A DNA stretch of 64,000 nt from Squalus acanthias. Taxonomy: Eukaryota. Positions 1 through 13,080 of this stretch are shown here, one piece after another (the first letter of the stretch is position 1; the number at the start of each line of letters is the position of its first letter). Under the pieces are notes generated by a model that was given only the letters and a program-made list of their open reading frames with translations, was not told the DNA's origin and ran no database searches. The position numbers and the translations under genes were made by a program. The stretch covers positions 109,122,001 through 109,186,000 of the forward strand of contig CM059431.1 of NCBI GenBank assembly GCA_030390025.1, read 5' to 3'.

Positions 1-491
1 AGTGTTATGCTTCCATGGAACATAATTACTGTTTTTGATTAGAACCCCTCGACTCCACCGCCCCATCTGCTGTGATACTGAGCCGCACAAAAGCAGGTAG
101 GTGGCAGACTCAGCACCCTCTGCTGAGTTGTCTGATCTCAGTTGTGGCAGCAGCAGGGGTACGAACATACGGACAATGACAGACAGGAAAAGACCCTCTG
201 GCCCATCCAGCCTGCCCCACACAATTCACATCCATGCCCTACCCCACCCCCCAAACCATGTGCTCTCCTGGGAAAGGAGAAAAAAAAACTGGGAAAAAAA
301 TCTAGGCCAATTTGAGAGGAAAATTCCGCCCCCCCCCCCGGCAGGTGATTAAAACGAGTCCAGGTGATCACCCGGGAATGGGTAAGGGGGTAAAATCAAC
401 CAGGTTTCCCACTCCTGAAAGTGCACATGCGGACGTCAGATGAGGAAAGGATCATGCGCGACCCACAATCAGCCTGCCCATACTACTGTCC

Positions 492-957
492 AAAGAAAGA
501 AAGAAGCACTCGCATTTATAAAACACCTTTCACAACCTCAGGACGTCCCAATGCGTTGCACAGCCAATGAAGTACTTTTGAAGTGTAGTCACAGTTGTAA
601 GTTAGGAAACCTGGCAGCCAATTTGACCACAGCAAGTTCCCACAAACAACAATGTGATAATGACCAGATGTTTTAGTGATGTTGGCTGAGGGATAAATAG
701 TGGCCAGGACACCGGGGAGAACTCCCCTGCCATTCTTCGATTAGTGACGTGGAATCTTTTACATCCACCTGAGAGAGCAGACAGGACCTCGGTTTAACAT
801 CTCATCCGAAAGATGGCACCTCCGACAGTGCAGCACTCCCTCAGTACTGCACTGGAGTGTCAGCCTAGATTTCGTGCTCAAGTCTCTGGAGTGGGACTTG
901 AACCCACAACCTTCTGACTCAGAGGCGAGTATGCTACCCACTGAGCCACAGCTGACA
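492..957 (-). mobile_element. tRNA-headed Deu-domain-type SINE (SacSINE1-like)
   Basis: A box TGGCTCAGTGG and B box GGTTCAAGTCC, conserved core and (CTTT)n tail; near-identical to five other copies here. Family name is from recall. Confidence 0.85.
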
Positions 958-1370
958 CACAATTAAGTCCAGGCTCTCATATGAAGAATGGGCACTTGTA
1001 TGAGTTTACAAAGGCTGCTGACACCCATGGAACCATACCCAAGGATGAATTAGACCTTCAGGAGAGGATCAAGACAAGGAGAAGCACAAAAAACTCTTCT
1101 GTCTTCTACAGGAACCTATCCAGAGCACATGTCAGTTGTTTTAGCTCTCTGAATCAAGAACAGGCAGCCAGCGTCATATATTGCATTCAAAAAAAATGTC
1201 AGCATATTGTCACCATTTTCAGCCTTTGGTCACTGTAAAGAAATCCTATTTGCAATTGCCCCTGCTGTCACTAAGTAACCCAGTGTGTACCTCCACGGAT
1301 GTATGAGGTGCACAGCGCTTGTTTTTTTTTCCATAAATCCTTTTTTAAGGTGCTGAGAGAGTTCAATACA

Positions 1371-1545
1371 GCAACAACTTGCATTTATATAGCGCTTTTA
1401 ACCTCGTGAAACACCCCAAGGTGCTTCACAAATTATCAATCAAAATTTGACAATGAGCCGCTTAAGGAGACGTTCGGACAGGTGACCAAAAGCTCGGTCA
1501 AAGAGGTAGGTTTTATGCAGCGTCTTGAAGGAGGAGAGAGAGAGA
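1371..1545 (-). mobile_element. L2-clade 3' terminal fragment
   Basis: Reverse complement of the tail at 13380-13551. Confidence 0.7.
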
Positions 1546-1838
1546 GTGAGGTAGAGATGATGTCGCTTTTTTTTTTAGCATCGAACAGAAGCACCAGGTC
1601 TTCAGGATGTGGGACAGGCCCCACCCTCCCACGCACATTTCAGCTGAGGAGAAGATCCGCTCCTGGCACTCTGATTTACATATTGTATGTATGACACTGC
1701 CAATGAAAGGAGTCCTCACTAGATTAATTCCTTTGTAAGTGAGAGCTGAGTTAATAATGTTTTATTTTTCACTTCCGACCCAGTTTTTGTCAGTGCAGCC
1801 AGGGTTGTTGTGGAATCTTAATTTGTTATCTCCATCAG

Positions 1839-2284
1839 AGAAAGAAAGAAAGACTTGCATTTATATAGCGCCTTTCACGACCACCGGACGTCTCAAAGCA
1901 ATTTACAGCCAATGAAGTACTTTTGGAGTGTAGCCACTGTTGTAATGTGGGATACGCGGGTGCCAATTTGCGCATAGCAAGCTCCCACAAACAGCAATGT
2001 GATAATGACCAGATAATCTGTTTTTGAGGGATAAATATTGGCCAGGACACCTGCTCTTCTTCGAAATAGTGTCCTGGGATCTTTTACGTCCACCTGAGAG
2101 AGCAGGCAGGGCCTCGGTTTAATGTCTCATCTGAAAGACGACACCTCCAACGGTGCCGCACTCCCTCAGCACTGCACTGGAGTGTCAGCCTAACTTTATG
2201 TGCTCAAGTCCCTGGAGTGGGACTTGAACCCACAACCTTCTGACTCAGAGGCAAGGGTGCTACCCACTGAGCCACAGCTGACAC
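1839..2284 (-). mobile_element. Deu-domain-type SINE copy
   Basis: Same head, core and tail as 40113-40577, reverse orientation. Confidence 0.87.
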
Positions 2285-2623
2285 ATCTGGGTGAAAGAAA
2301 TTAATCTCTATCCCCCAGAAAACTGGCAGCCCCACCCCCGCCAACCCTCACTAGCGCTAACCTTATCAGGAAATTTCTTTTGATTGCACATACTATCATT
2401 TTCCTTTTCCTTTTCATGCCAGCACCCAAGGGGTTCTAGCCCTCATTTTACACTACCGCAAGCATTAATCAACTGACGGTGCACTATAAAAAGAATACAA
2501 ACAGAACAAACCAAAAAGATTGTCACCAAGTACAGAGCAGGTCTGCGTAGAGCTGGATGAGCAACAGTAAAATAATACAGAAGGAAATTCAGTGAATCAC
2601 GTTAAATATGTACATGTTACTGC

Positions 2624-2792
2624 CAATGTTCCCCCTAGTTTTTTTTTGGGGGGGGGGGGTGCGCGGCCCCTTTAAGAGGCTGCGCGGCCCGTACACGGTT
2701 TCGCACACGTGTGAAATTTAACATGGCAAAAGCTGGTCCCGGGCTGCGCGGGACTGACAGAGAGCTGCGCGGCCAGCTTAGAGGAAACGTTG
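2624..2792. mobile_element. hAT-type MITE
   Basis: TIRs CAATGTTCCCCCTA and TAGAGGAAACGTTG; exact 8-bp TSD GTTACTGC (2616-2623, 2793-2800). Confidence 0.85.
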
Positions 2793-4479
2793 GTTACTGC
2801 ATGACATGAGTTAATAATACTGATTGCCCAACGCACTTGCAAAGATGGATCTTAATGCTATCAGATCCAGCTTGTTGCGCAAGAAGGTGATAAATAGATT
2901 CAGGGTGTTTTGAGCTTTTAAATTTTCTTATTTGGAGTATAGGATTTTTCTTCCGTTTCAGGGATGGTAGATCTCGTCCATGTGTCAACACCCCGAGGTC
3001 AGCTATTGCTTGGGTTATAACTCCTGTTCCATCCCAACAATATGCACGAACCAAACGTCAGAAAGATATACCTTGCTGTATAAGGAAGCTATTTCCAATC
3101 CCACCCCAACTAGCCTTCTGCCAGTCTAGTGTAAGAGTAGGAAATGTCAATTAGTAAATTGTAGATAGGTCTGTGTTGTGGAATCAAACCCACTAGCAAA
3201 TGGGTTGCGATAGGCCAAAGTCATCAGTTGGTGAGAGCCAACCGCTGCCCATCGAGTTGGAGATGAACGACAGTGCGCTAACCCATTGAATTTAACGAGC
3301 CACTAATTCTCCAAAATCTTTAGGTGTCTGCTCCTCATTTTAACCCTATTATTCAACCTAACAAACCTTTCATTGTCCAAATTAATTTGATGCACCCTGA
3401 GCAGTGTGGACAGCAAAGTACACTTACTGTACAAAGAATGTGTACAACTGATCCCCATATATCCGTCACGTCTCTATAGGAGACCATGTACAGATGGTGT
3501 TTTGCTTTTTCATATCGGAAGGACGCAGTAATCTATTATATTATGTTATTGCAAAATAAGGTGGTTTTGCCACTATGTTCATCTGAGTTAGATTAAGTTG
3601 GGAAATTTAATACATCCATTTATCAGACTTTGTCACACACATTAATTCATACTGAATTAGGGTGGGATGGGGCTCGTGTGGAGCATAAACACCAGCATAG
3701 ACAGTTGGGCCAAATGGCCGGTTACTGTGCTGTAAATTCTACGTAATTCTATGTAATACTGTGGTCCAAACATGCAGCACTCCACTGTAGCAATTTGAAC
3801 ATCTAAAAGAAAACTAAGCCTCATGACAGAGATGTTCTTGTCGCATCTCTTGCTTCAGTCAAACTGCTCCAGATCAGATGGAAGGTAGGCAGTCAAGCAA
3901 ACGACAATTGAACTGAGAAGAAGAAGGCTGAGGCTTGGCTAAAAGCAAAGAATGTGACAATGGATCCTTTAACCTATATCTGATGACTGATTAATGTATT
4001 CTTGGTTCGTTGTGGTTTTCTTCCCAATAAACTGCCAGCAAACCGTAACTGAACTAAACCGTAAGACTGTCTGACCATGCTGCAATTGCACACAATAAGG
4101 ATAATGTTCCTAACCAAAACAATGCACTGTATTACATTTCTGTAAGGGGAGTTAAAAGTTAATCTATGGTCAGTAAAGTACTAACTGTAACAACAGGTGT
4201 TAGGCAAATGATTCTGTTGGTAACAGGAAGCCCAGTCAAACCAATCTGTTAAAACACTGTCTGATCATCTGTCCCACTTACAATAGCCCTCTATTTGCAA
4301 GTCATTATTGGTTACCGTAAGTGTAAGATCAAAATCCACAAACTGTTTGGAATGTAGAAGAGAGCTCTTTTTATATGAGTACAAGAAATGAACAAAGTGA
4401 CCTTTGCAAACAACGGATGGGATGGCTCTATCTGAATGCTGAGCGTGGGGGCTATTTGGCACCGAGTGATTGTGCTGGA

Positions 4480-4831
4480 GTCTCCATGAATTAAAGGTTG
4501 ATCTCCTGTGCACTGCTTCCAGCAACCCTGGAGAAAAATTATACGGGCACTTTCATTTTCTTTGAACAGTTTTATTTATTAGTTATAAAGTTGTTAGAGA
4601 TTGAGTCAGGGGGAGAGGGAAAAAGGTTGTTTGAACTACAGCCAAGAATCATCTAATCGGGTGATGGAGAGTCCGTTCACATTCCGATTGGTGCGGGAAG
4701 GCGGGGCGTCACGAGGATGGATGTGTCGGGTGGCCAATGGCGGGAATCCGGTGGTGGGGGGGCGGGGTTGGAGGCGGGAGGGTCATGTGACGATACCTGC
4801 GGGAATACGTCCAACCAGAGTTGGCAAGCCT
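4480..4831 (+). mobile_element. MITE, AGGGTTGCCAAC family (5' truncated)
   Basis: Ends AATACGTCCAACCAGAGTTGGCAAGCC like the other copies. Confidence 0.75.
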
Positions 4832-5379
4832 ACTGGTGATGCACCATGGCAACGCTGCTTGGATGGCCTGGAACTACTGGGGGGGGTTTAAGCAATGACG
4901 TTTTTTCTGACACCCTACTATCCCGGGATTACCAAACAACTTAACTATGCCATTTGTCTCACCCGACAGTACTTAACCCCGAGTAATATGCCACAGAAAT
5001 GCAATGCGTCTGATTTCAGCTGCTCTTCCTCCCACCCCCTCCGTTCAAATGTGAAAATGGTAAATATTGTCAGAGCAAGGAACATGAGAGCCTCACAGGG
5101 AGTGTCATCTGACAACTTTCCAGGAGGTTAGAAGCTGTTAGGTGGACATTTGTTGCAATCTCCTGGTTATCTTGAACCCACGTTGCTGCATTAATCCTGG
5201 CAGTGAGCGGCAGAATTGAATCATTGGACTTACTTTGGCCCAGCAATGCAGAGTCATGACCGAAAGTCAGAAATTAACACAACGATTGAACAAAGAATCA
5301 TTTTAGAAAAGGGTTTTAATGCTCATTAATACTCAAATTGCCTTACAAATTAATAAACTGTGCTACCTAAAAGAAACTG

Positions 5380-5905
5380 GAGCACTGCATTCATTTCTGG
5401 GCACCACACCTCAGGAAGGATATATTGGCCTTGGAGGGGGAGCAGCGCAGATTCACCAGAATGATATCGGGGCTCCAAGGGTTAAAATATGAGGACAGGC
5501 TGCATAGACTGGGCTTGTATTCCCTCTCGAGTATAGAAGATTAAAGGGTGATCTAACTGAAGCGTTTAAGATGATTAAAGTATTTGATAGGGTGGGAGAG
5601 TCCAGAACAAGGGGGCATAACCTTAAAATTAGAGCCAGGCCGTTCAGGGATGATGTCAGGTAGCACTTCTACATGCAAAGGGGAGTGGAAATCTGAAGCT
5701 TTCTTCCCCCAAAAAGCTGTTGAGGCTGGGGGTCAACTAAAAATGTCAAAACCAAGATTGATAGATTTTTGTTAGGCAAGGTTTTAAGGGTTACGGAACC
5801 AAGGCGGGTAGATGGAGTTCAGATACAGATCAGCCGTGATTTAATTGAATGGCGGAACAGACACGAGGGGCTGAATGGCCTCCTCCTGCTCCTATGTTCC
5901 TGTGA
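5380..5905 (+). mobile_element. CR1 3' fragment
   Basis: Decayed ORF2 C-terminus and CR1 3' UTR; similar to 28410-28945. Confidence 0.85.
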
Positions 5906-7339
5906 AACAAGATATTGTTTTCACTTATGAAAAGATAATCCAGCAACGTCAATCTGTATGATATGCTCATCCAGTAAGACTAGCTTCGCGGCAATCAAAG
6001 TTAGGGCTCTTTCTCCTGGGGCTTGCCTGTCACTTCAAACCTGTCTGCTTCAGTCACTTGACGTTTGGTTCCTGCTCTGGCTGCTAGGTTGAGCCCCATG
6101 TGGAAGCAAAGCTTTCCATCTCTGTGGGAGTTCAAATTAATCTCATCCGACTTCACCCTGCTCTCACCTCCGCATCTCCATACTTTGGCTGTGCGATATT
6201 AGTGACAAACACTTCAATGTGCTCTTGTGAAATGCATTTGTTCGCTACGTTGATGAAGCCATTAACCCAAGTTACTTTAAACTGGTTATAAGCTTAGTTA
6301 AAATAGCAGATGGAGGAATTTCAGACAAACGCATTTGTTGATATCACACAGTGCAATTTCAACCCTACGCGTGTCTCAAATTACAGGTCCAGCTGGACAA
6401 TCATGAAGCAACATTAAAGCAATTATGTAAAGAATTGATAATCTAGGTGATCATACTCCCCCAGCAGCCCGGTGTCTGTGCAGTGGACAATGGCTCAGTC
6501 TTCCCTCACTTCCTGGCAGCAGGGGTTGCATGAGATGGCAAATGGCCCATACAGCTCTGTCCTCCTTTTGAAAAACACGTGGGAAAGGGACAAATATCTG
6601 ACTTTGTGCTGCCAGCGGGGACGCTGGCCCACCGGGGGCGCGTCGGAAGTCACGGCGCACTCTGCACTTCCTTTTGTGACCACTTAAGACAATGGTCGAA
6701 AATTCGTGCACATCAAATTTTCAAAACGAGCTTTTGATGGATGAGAGGTCTATCAAAACCAGGAAAGCCAGAAAATGACCCGTCAAATGATTCTTTTTGT
6801 CGTTATTGTCGTTATATCACAGGATCATAGAATTTTACAGCACAAGAGGAGGCCGTTCAGCCTATTGTTCCTGCGCTGTCTTTCTGAAGGAGCTATCGAC
6901 TTAGCCCCAATCCCATGCTCTTGTCCCATACCCATGGCTTAGTGGTAGCATTCCTGCATCTGAGTCAGAAGGTGCAGGGTGCAGGATTGCCGACAATCCC
7001 AGTGATTAGAGACCGGAGCTCTGGCTCTGGTTGACATCTAGCGGGATACTCAGTTCCAGTGGATGTAAATGTCCCACCCCATCCCTCCATATGGGAGCCC
7101 ATAAACTCCTCCTCTCGTATAGGACTAACCGCCCTATTGACTGGTATATGGCCACGAAAGGAGCGCTCATGTTGTGGTCATTCAATGCGAAGGCATTGGG
7201 AAGAACAGCCACCATTTTCACTCATCTGTTAGGCTGCCAGGATCTTATGGACTGGATGGCAGGTTGTTTTGTGGGGAGATATGTGTTCCTGTTAATTTCC
7301 ATGATGATGGAGGATGGCTTTGTGGTGGATAAGCAACCA

Positions 7340-7778
7340 TCTGCCACGGCTCAGTAGTGTCACTCTCGCCTCTGAGTCAGAAGTTTGTGGGTTGAAATCC
7401 CACTCCAGAGACTTGAGCACAAAATCTGTGCTGACACTCCAGTGCAGTACTGAGGGAGTGCTGCACTGGCAGAGGTGCCGTCTTTCGGATGAGATGTTCA
7501 ACCGAGTCCCCGGCTGCCCTCTCAGGTGGACGTTAAAAGGCACTATTTCGAAGAAGCGCAAAGGACTTCTGGCCAATATTTATCGCTCAACCATCAATAA
7601 AACAGATTAGCTGGTCATTTAACTCATTGCTGTTTGTGGGACCTTACTGGACTCAAATTGGCTGCTGCGTCTCCTACAGTACTACAGTAAATACACTTCA
7701 AAAATGACTTAATTAGTTGTAAAGCTCTTTGGGACATCCTACGGTCGTGAAAGGCGCAATATAAGTGCAAGACTTTCT
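7340..7778 (+). mobile_element. Deu-domain-type SINE copy (more diverged)
   Basis: Same core (GCAGTACTGAGGGAGTGCTGCACTG...) and tail. Confidence 0.85.
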
Positions 7779-7939
7779 TATTGAATGTAAATGCAGATAA
7801 CCTCATGGGAGTTAAATGACCAACTAATTCCTGATACATTAGTGAAGAGACCAATAGATGTGTTTTTCCAGTAGTCTGGTGAGGAGTGGGCTTGGCAGTC
7901 TTCTGGTGGTGATTCACCAATTTATGCATTCATGAAAGG

Positions 7940-8420
7940 GACATAGGAACATAAGAATGCACAGGTCCATCAGACAGGTCCCCACAATACCCCTCTGCCA
8001 ATATTTTCACCGAGTAATAAATTCAACTCTCCTGAAGTTGCTGATAGAATCTCAGCCATTCCACTCTTTCACCACCCTCGACATAAAATAGTTAAATCTG
8101 AACTGTCTTTTTGCCTTCCCACTTCTAACACTGAGGCTATGTGATTCTGCTGTCGAATCTGTGACTATGTTAAATATTTACCTCCTTTAAGATCTCAAAT
8201 ACTTCAGTAAGATCGCTCTTGATCCTTCTCCTCTCCAGTGCAAACATTCTCAGCCCCAGCAGCCTCTCGTCGTATCTCAAGTGCCTAATCCTGGCTACAA
8301 ACTCGGTTGCCCTGTGCTGCACCCTTGCCAACGTTTGGCTATCTTTCTCATAATACGGTGACCAAAATCGTGCAGAGTACTCCGGGTGGGGCTGATCCTG
8401 GGCTCCGCACAAGCTCTGGA
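7940..8420 (-). mobile_element. Old degraded CR1 3' fragment
   Basis: ORF 8170-8412 reads PHPEYSARFWSPY...LERRRIKSDLTEVF. Confidence 0.7.
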
Positions 8421-8691
8421 ATTACTTCTTGAGATTTCTGCTCGATTCATCTTGCTGCACAGCCCGAGACCCTGTTTGATCTCTTTAGTGCTGCTGGAAA
8501 CTATACTGATGGCTTCAACAACCTATCCACCAGCACGCCCAATTCACCCTCCCGGTGTGAGAACATACAAATATTAAGAAAGCCGTGATCAATTGGGGCC
8601 GATTCCATGAGGACACAGGAGCTTACAGAGAGATTTGATAGAGGTATTTTAAAATTATGAAGCGACGCCACAGGGTAGATAGAAAGAGACT

Positions 8692-8794
8692 GGGCGTAAC
8701 TTTGAACGTCGGCTGGTCGGAAAACTGACGATATCAGATCGGCTGCCCGTTATAAAACCCCGCCCAATATTCCTTTCCCATGAAAGTTACCCCC
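8692..8794. mobile_element. 103-bp MITE, PIF/Harbinger-like
   Basis: TIRs GGGCGTAACTTT and AAAGTTACCCCC (11/12 match); 3-bp TSD ACT; interrupts a CR1 fragment. Confidence 0.75.
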
Positions 8795-8839
8795 ACTGCA
8801 TCCAGTGTTTGAGGGGGACTTACAATGAGGGGGCATAAA

Positions 8840-9372
8840 TAGAATCATAGAATCATAGAATGGTTACAGTACAGAAGGAGGCCATTCAGCCCGTCGAGCC
8901 TGTGCTGGCTCTCTGCAACAGCACTTCAGCTTGTCCCACTCCCCCGCCCTTTCCCCGTAGCCCTGCAAATTTTTTTCCTTCAGGTACTTATCCAATTCCC
9001 TTTTGAAAGCCTCGATTGAATCTGCCTCCACCACCCTTTCAGGCAGTGCATTCCAGATCATAACCACTCGCTGCGTAAAAAAGTTTTTCCTCATGTCGCC
9101 TTTAGTTCTTCTGCCAATCACCTTAAATCTGTGTCATCTGGTTCTCGGCCGTTCCGCCAATGGGAACAGTTTCTATCTCCTCTGTCTAGAACCCTCATGA
9201 TTTTGAACACCTCTATCAAATCTACTCTCAACCTTCTCTGCTCTAAGGAGAACAACCCTAGCTTCTCCAGTCTATCCACGTAACTGAAGTCCCTCATGAC
9301 TGGAACCAATCTTGTAAATCTTTTCTGCCCCCTCTCCAAGGCCTTCACATCCTTCCTGAAGTGCAGTGCCCA
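8840..9372 (-). mobile_element. CR1 3' fragment with (ATTCTATG)n tail, inserted in an older plus-strand CR1 fragment (about 8610-9600)
   Basis: ORFs 8864-9121 and 9118-9459 are CR1 C-terminal peptides; tail ATAGAATC repeats. Confidence 0.88.
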
Positions 9373-11054
9373 GATATGCACTAAATGAAACATATTTAAG
9401 ACAGAGACCAGGAGCATCTTTACCATAGTTAGTGATTGAAGCAGAGCCCATCTCAACATAGGTGTGACAGGTAGTTGAAGGAAAGGGAGATAAAGAGATT
9501 TAGGAACAGGGCGGGCACATAGGATTACTGTTCATGTGGAGGATAAACGTCAACATAGACTAGTTGGGCTGAACGTAATGTATGTAATTCGATATAATTC
9601 ATCAGCCCAGTTCCTTAATCCATCCAGATCCTTCATTATACGATCAACCTATTCCCTGTTGTTTGCACTCCCTCTCAGTCTGGTATCATCTTCAAACTTG
9701 GAGAGTTTTGTTTCTGTCCCCACTTCGAAGTTATTTCTGCACACAGTAAACAGCGGTGTCTCCAGCACTGATCCCTGAGCAACCACCTATTTACTTCCTC
9801 TGCTTCAGCGAAGTTTCAATCCACTTCAGGGGTGCTCCAGCAGTGCCACGCTTCCAACCTTGCTGACCAATCTCCTATGATCCTTATTGTAGGTAAAGCT
9901 TATAGCGCACTTTCACCGATACTATGGAGCATGGATAAGAACCACCACCACTGTGACGTGTGCACTGTGCTACAGTTTTAATATGTGGGATTCAGATTAA
10001 TTCTAGTGTGAACAAAATTATAGGCTTCTGAGACTCAACTCCAAATGAACCGCAAGTCTTATTCCTAAAAGCCCCGCTCAAGAAAAGATGGAATAAACCT
10101 TTGTTGATAAAAAAAAATAAGTAAACAGAGAAAAGGAAGCATACACTTACCTCAACAATTGTCCTCAGCTGCTAATTCCCCTTATAATGCAGGCAAACTT
10201 TGGGTGTAACAAACAAAAATAGTGATGTGTGTGTAAGGGGACATATTGCTAAGTGGTTCCGTGGGGCAGGATTGCAGTCGGTACTTTTTAATATAAAAAA
10301 GGGACAAGTCAGTCTGAATCTGAATTACACCAATTACAAGATTTTCAAATATCTGAATGCTTGCCTAGTTCAAAAAAATTGAAATTCAGACTTTGAGAGG
10401 TGGCTGCTTTGGAACTGAAGGGGAGATTTTGCACTTCAGTGCTCCTAGAAAGTACCAAGGGTGCATAAGGGCAACACGTTCATCACCCCGCTCCCACCCC
10501 CGCCCCGCCCCGCCACAGCCCATGATTTTTCAAACAGAAAATAAGCGGGTTGGGGGCGTACTGTTTCCTAATATGTACTCTTGGCGTGTGCGAGGAGCAC
10601 TGAAAAAGTAAATATCTCCTTAAATCGACAACGTGACTACAATATGATTGTGTCAGTGTATTTCTGAGCAACACAAAACCCTGTCTGGCATGACTCACTT
10701 GCCAGTGCTTAACACTGCCTGAGTGACTTCCTTGACAATACAATCAGCTGTACGCTTATAAGATTACATGAACGACATCGTCAGTGCAACATTCTTGCCA
10801 AAATAAATAGTGGTCATTTCCTGGTGTCATCTAAGCAGCACATTTAATTAAGTCTCTGCCACCATGCCAGTCATGGAATTATAAAAGGAAGAAGTGTGTT
10901 TTGAGGTCAAAGGTGTTGAGTTTTAGCCTCTTTCAGAACTTGGATTGTACTAGAACTTGTCCAACATTTACACAGGGTTCTATCCCACCCCAGTCAATCG
11001 GATCTTACAAATGCTCTGCTTCCCCCCCCCCTCACCCAACTCGAGTCAACAGTC

Positions 11055-11450
11055 CCAATGGCTCAGCAACTTTATCCGACGTGTAGCTGAACCATACAGA
11101 CCAGATAGGTCCCAGGTCCGACCATTGAGCTGTGATGAGTCAGCTGTTCAATACGATCAGGGTACCAGCAGTACCCATAGTGCCCGGATAAGGAAGGGGG
11201 GGGGGGGACAAATCAGTCAGGGTTCCCACTTCTGATGGCTATGTAGCTACTTCTGCTGGAAATACACATACGTAGATTGACTTTGGGCTCAGCTGTGATG
11301 CCCTCCACGGTCAAATATCGTACTGACGCTCACCATGAAGAATCGCACTTGATAATGGTCGCTTGGGTAAGGTACCAGAAGGAGCCTGGCACCCGTGCAA
11401 ATGTACATCAGCAACATGTCAACACCTTCACGCTAGGGAGGGGGCGGAAA
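11055..11450 (+). mobile_element. Old SINE-like repeat of a second family
   Basis: TGGCTCAG-type head; related degenerate pieces at about 100-160, 375-490, 965-1085, 13590-13720 and (reverse) 14700-15120. Confidence 0.5.
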
Positions 11451-11924
11451 GTAATTTGTCGAGAAAATTGTAAAGAAAACTCTTCCCTAGCTCCCTCAAT
11501 TGTCAAGCCATTAAAATAGATACTGTCGTGAGCACATTTTGTGGCAGTAACATTATTACCAGGGCTACTGAATTTTCCTACAATGTACTAGCAATACCAA
11601 TTGTTGATATCGGGCAATAAAGCTATCAGAATTATTTATACTGGTATTCCCCCATCTAGTCCAACAACAAACTATTTACAGGAATGCAGAGCCTGTAATC
11701 TTCAAAGCCATACTGTTTTAAGTCCAAAGCCTGACGTGGAGTGGGATAGGATAGGATAGGGAAGGAGGGAGGGGGTGGAATCGCTGTTTGAGCAGTGAGC
11801 TTTGCATTGCTGATGGCGAAAATTTTAACTAATTTGAAGAATCTTAGTCGTCTTACATTTATTAACGATTCCACATCATTCAACACCGAAGGTGTACTTC
11901 AAAAAAAAAACACACGCACTTATT

Positions 11925-12610
11925 GACCTGGAATTTCCTGGAACGCACTGACGCGAAAATTACGCTGGTTTTTACATCGATCTTAACGACGAGAACTTCC
12001 ACCCAAATTTCTGAATCGCATCAGCATTCGCCAGAAGGTAAAAACCAGTGTAAAGCACGCGGAAATCAACGGAAACAATCGGGTTATGAAAGTTAAAGTT
12101 TGAAGCCATCAAACCATCATTTGTGCACATTAAGCACAGCATGGTTAAGAAAATGCAATTGTGCAAGCTTTTCTCTTTTTAATGGCACGGATGCTGATGC
12201 CATAAAAAGCATTCAAAGATACAGAAAATCCAGTGCAGCTCTGCATAAGGAGAATATTTTTTTTTTAATTGCTCAAAAGAATCACTAAAAATCATCAAAA
12301 ATAGTGACTTCAGGTCCTGCTGCACTTTTGGGCATCAATTTACACCCATTTCAGAACTGGCGTAAATGCAGGAAAGTCGCGATCTCTGGGCTTTTTGCAA
12401 GACTGGCAGAGTTATGTTAATAAGCCAAGTGGGGTTTCAGTGGATGAAACTGGGGAGCAGTGCAAATGGTCGAAGCAATTCGTGCACAGTGGATGTTTCG
12501 GTGTAAAACCGGTGTAAATCAGTTACGCACAAATTTCCATGGGAAAAGAAGCGGCGCAACTCTGCTCTGACGCCGTAGTTTCTCTGAACCCTTCCAGGAA
12601 ATTCTGGGCC
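11925..12610. mobile_element. MITE-like TIR element 195 bp from the DACH1 exon donor
   Basis: TIRs GACCTGGAATTTCCTGGAA and TTCCAGGAAATTCTGGGCC. Confidence 0.72.
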
Positions 12611-12805
12611 TTTGTGTCCCATATACCAGTCCATTCAAATGGGATGAGTGGCAACTCTAAGTATTGTTCAGCAAAGCCTGTGCTAAATTGACATGTCACA
12701 GTATTTGCAAGAATTACCTTTTTGTTTGCTACAGATTATATTTCTTCTCTGATATTAGCACGTGTGGGACTTTTAATTCATAGCTTAATTTTTGAGGGAA
12801 CTCAC

Positions 12806-12970
12806 CAATACTGGAGTTCATGTCGCCATTTTCAGACTCTGTGCCGTGCTGGTTACTGTTACCGTGGAAGCTGTTCATGGCTTCTAGTTTGATCTTCTTT
12901 GCCTTCATGGCCTCTGCTATGGCAGCGTTGGTGGCTGCTGCCGCTGCTGCCGCTGCTGCTGCTGTGAGAC
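12806..12970 (-). CDS. DACH1: Internal coding exon of dachshund homolog 1 (equivalent to human exon 3); 165 bp, phase 1-1
   Basis: Translates (G)LTAAAAAAAAAATNAAIAEAMKAKKIKLEAMNSFHGNSNQHGTESENGDMNSSI(G), which I recognise as the vertebrate DACH1 segment after the DachBox-N; DACH2 lacks this poly-Ala tract as I recall it. Acceptor tctttatcag|G with a long pyrimidine tract and donor G|gtgagt, both on the minus strand. Confidence 0.93.
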
Positions 12971-13080
12971 CTGATAAAGAGGAGACAAGACAAGAAGAGA
13001 GACATGATGAGATAGGCAAACACTTCTACCATTAGTCTATGATGCTGCATTCTAAACTCCCTAAACTTCAGCTCATCCAT

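Larger units (their letters stand above)
1..12805 (-). other. DACH1: Downstream DACH1 intron (>12.8 kb; next exon not recognised in the window)
   Basis: No LELPFMMMPHPL-type downstream exon found; sequence is repeat-rich. Confidence 0.6.

Noticed and set aside
12820..13035. Plus-strand poly-Ala ORF
   Set aside because: Antisense shadow of the GCN codons in the DACH1 exon.
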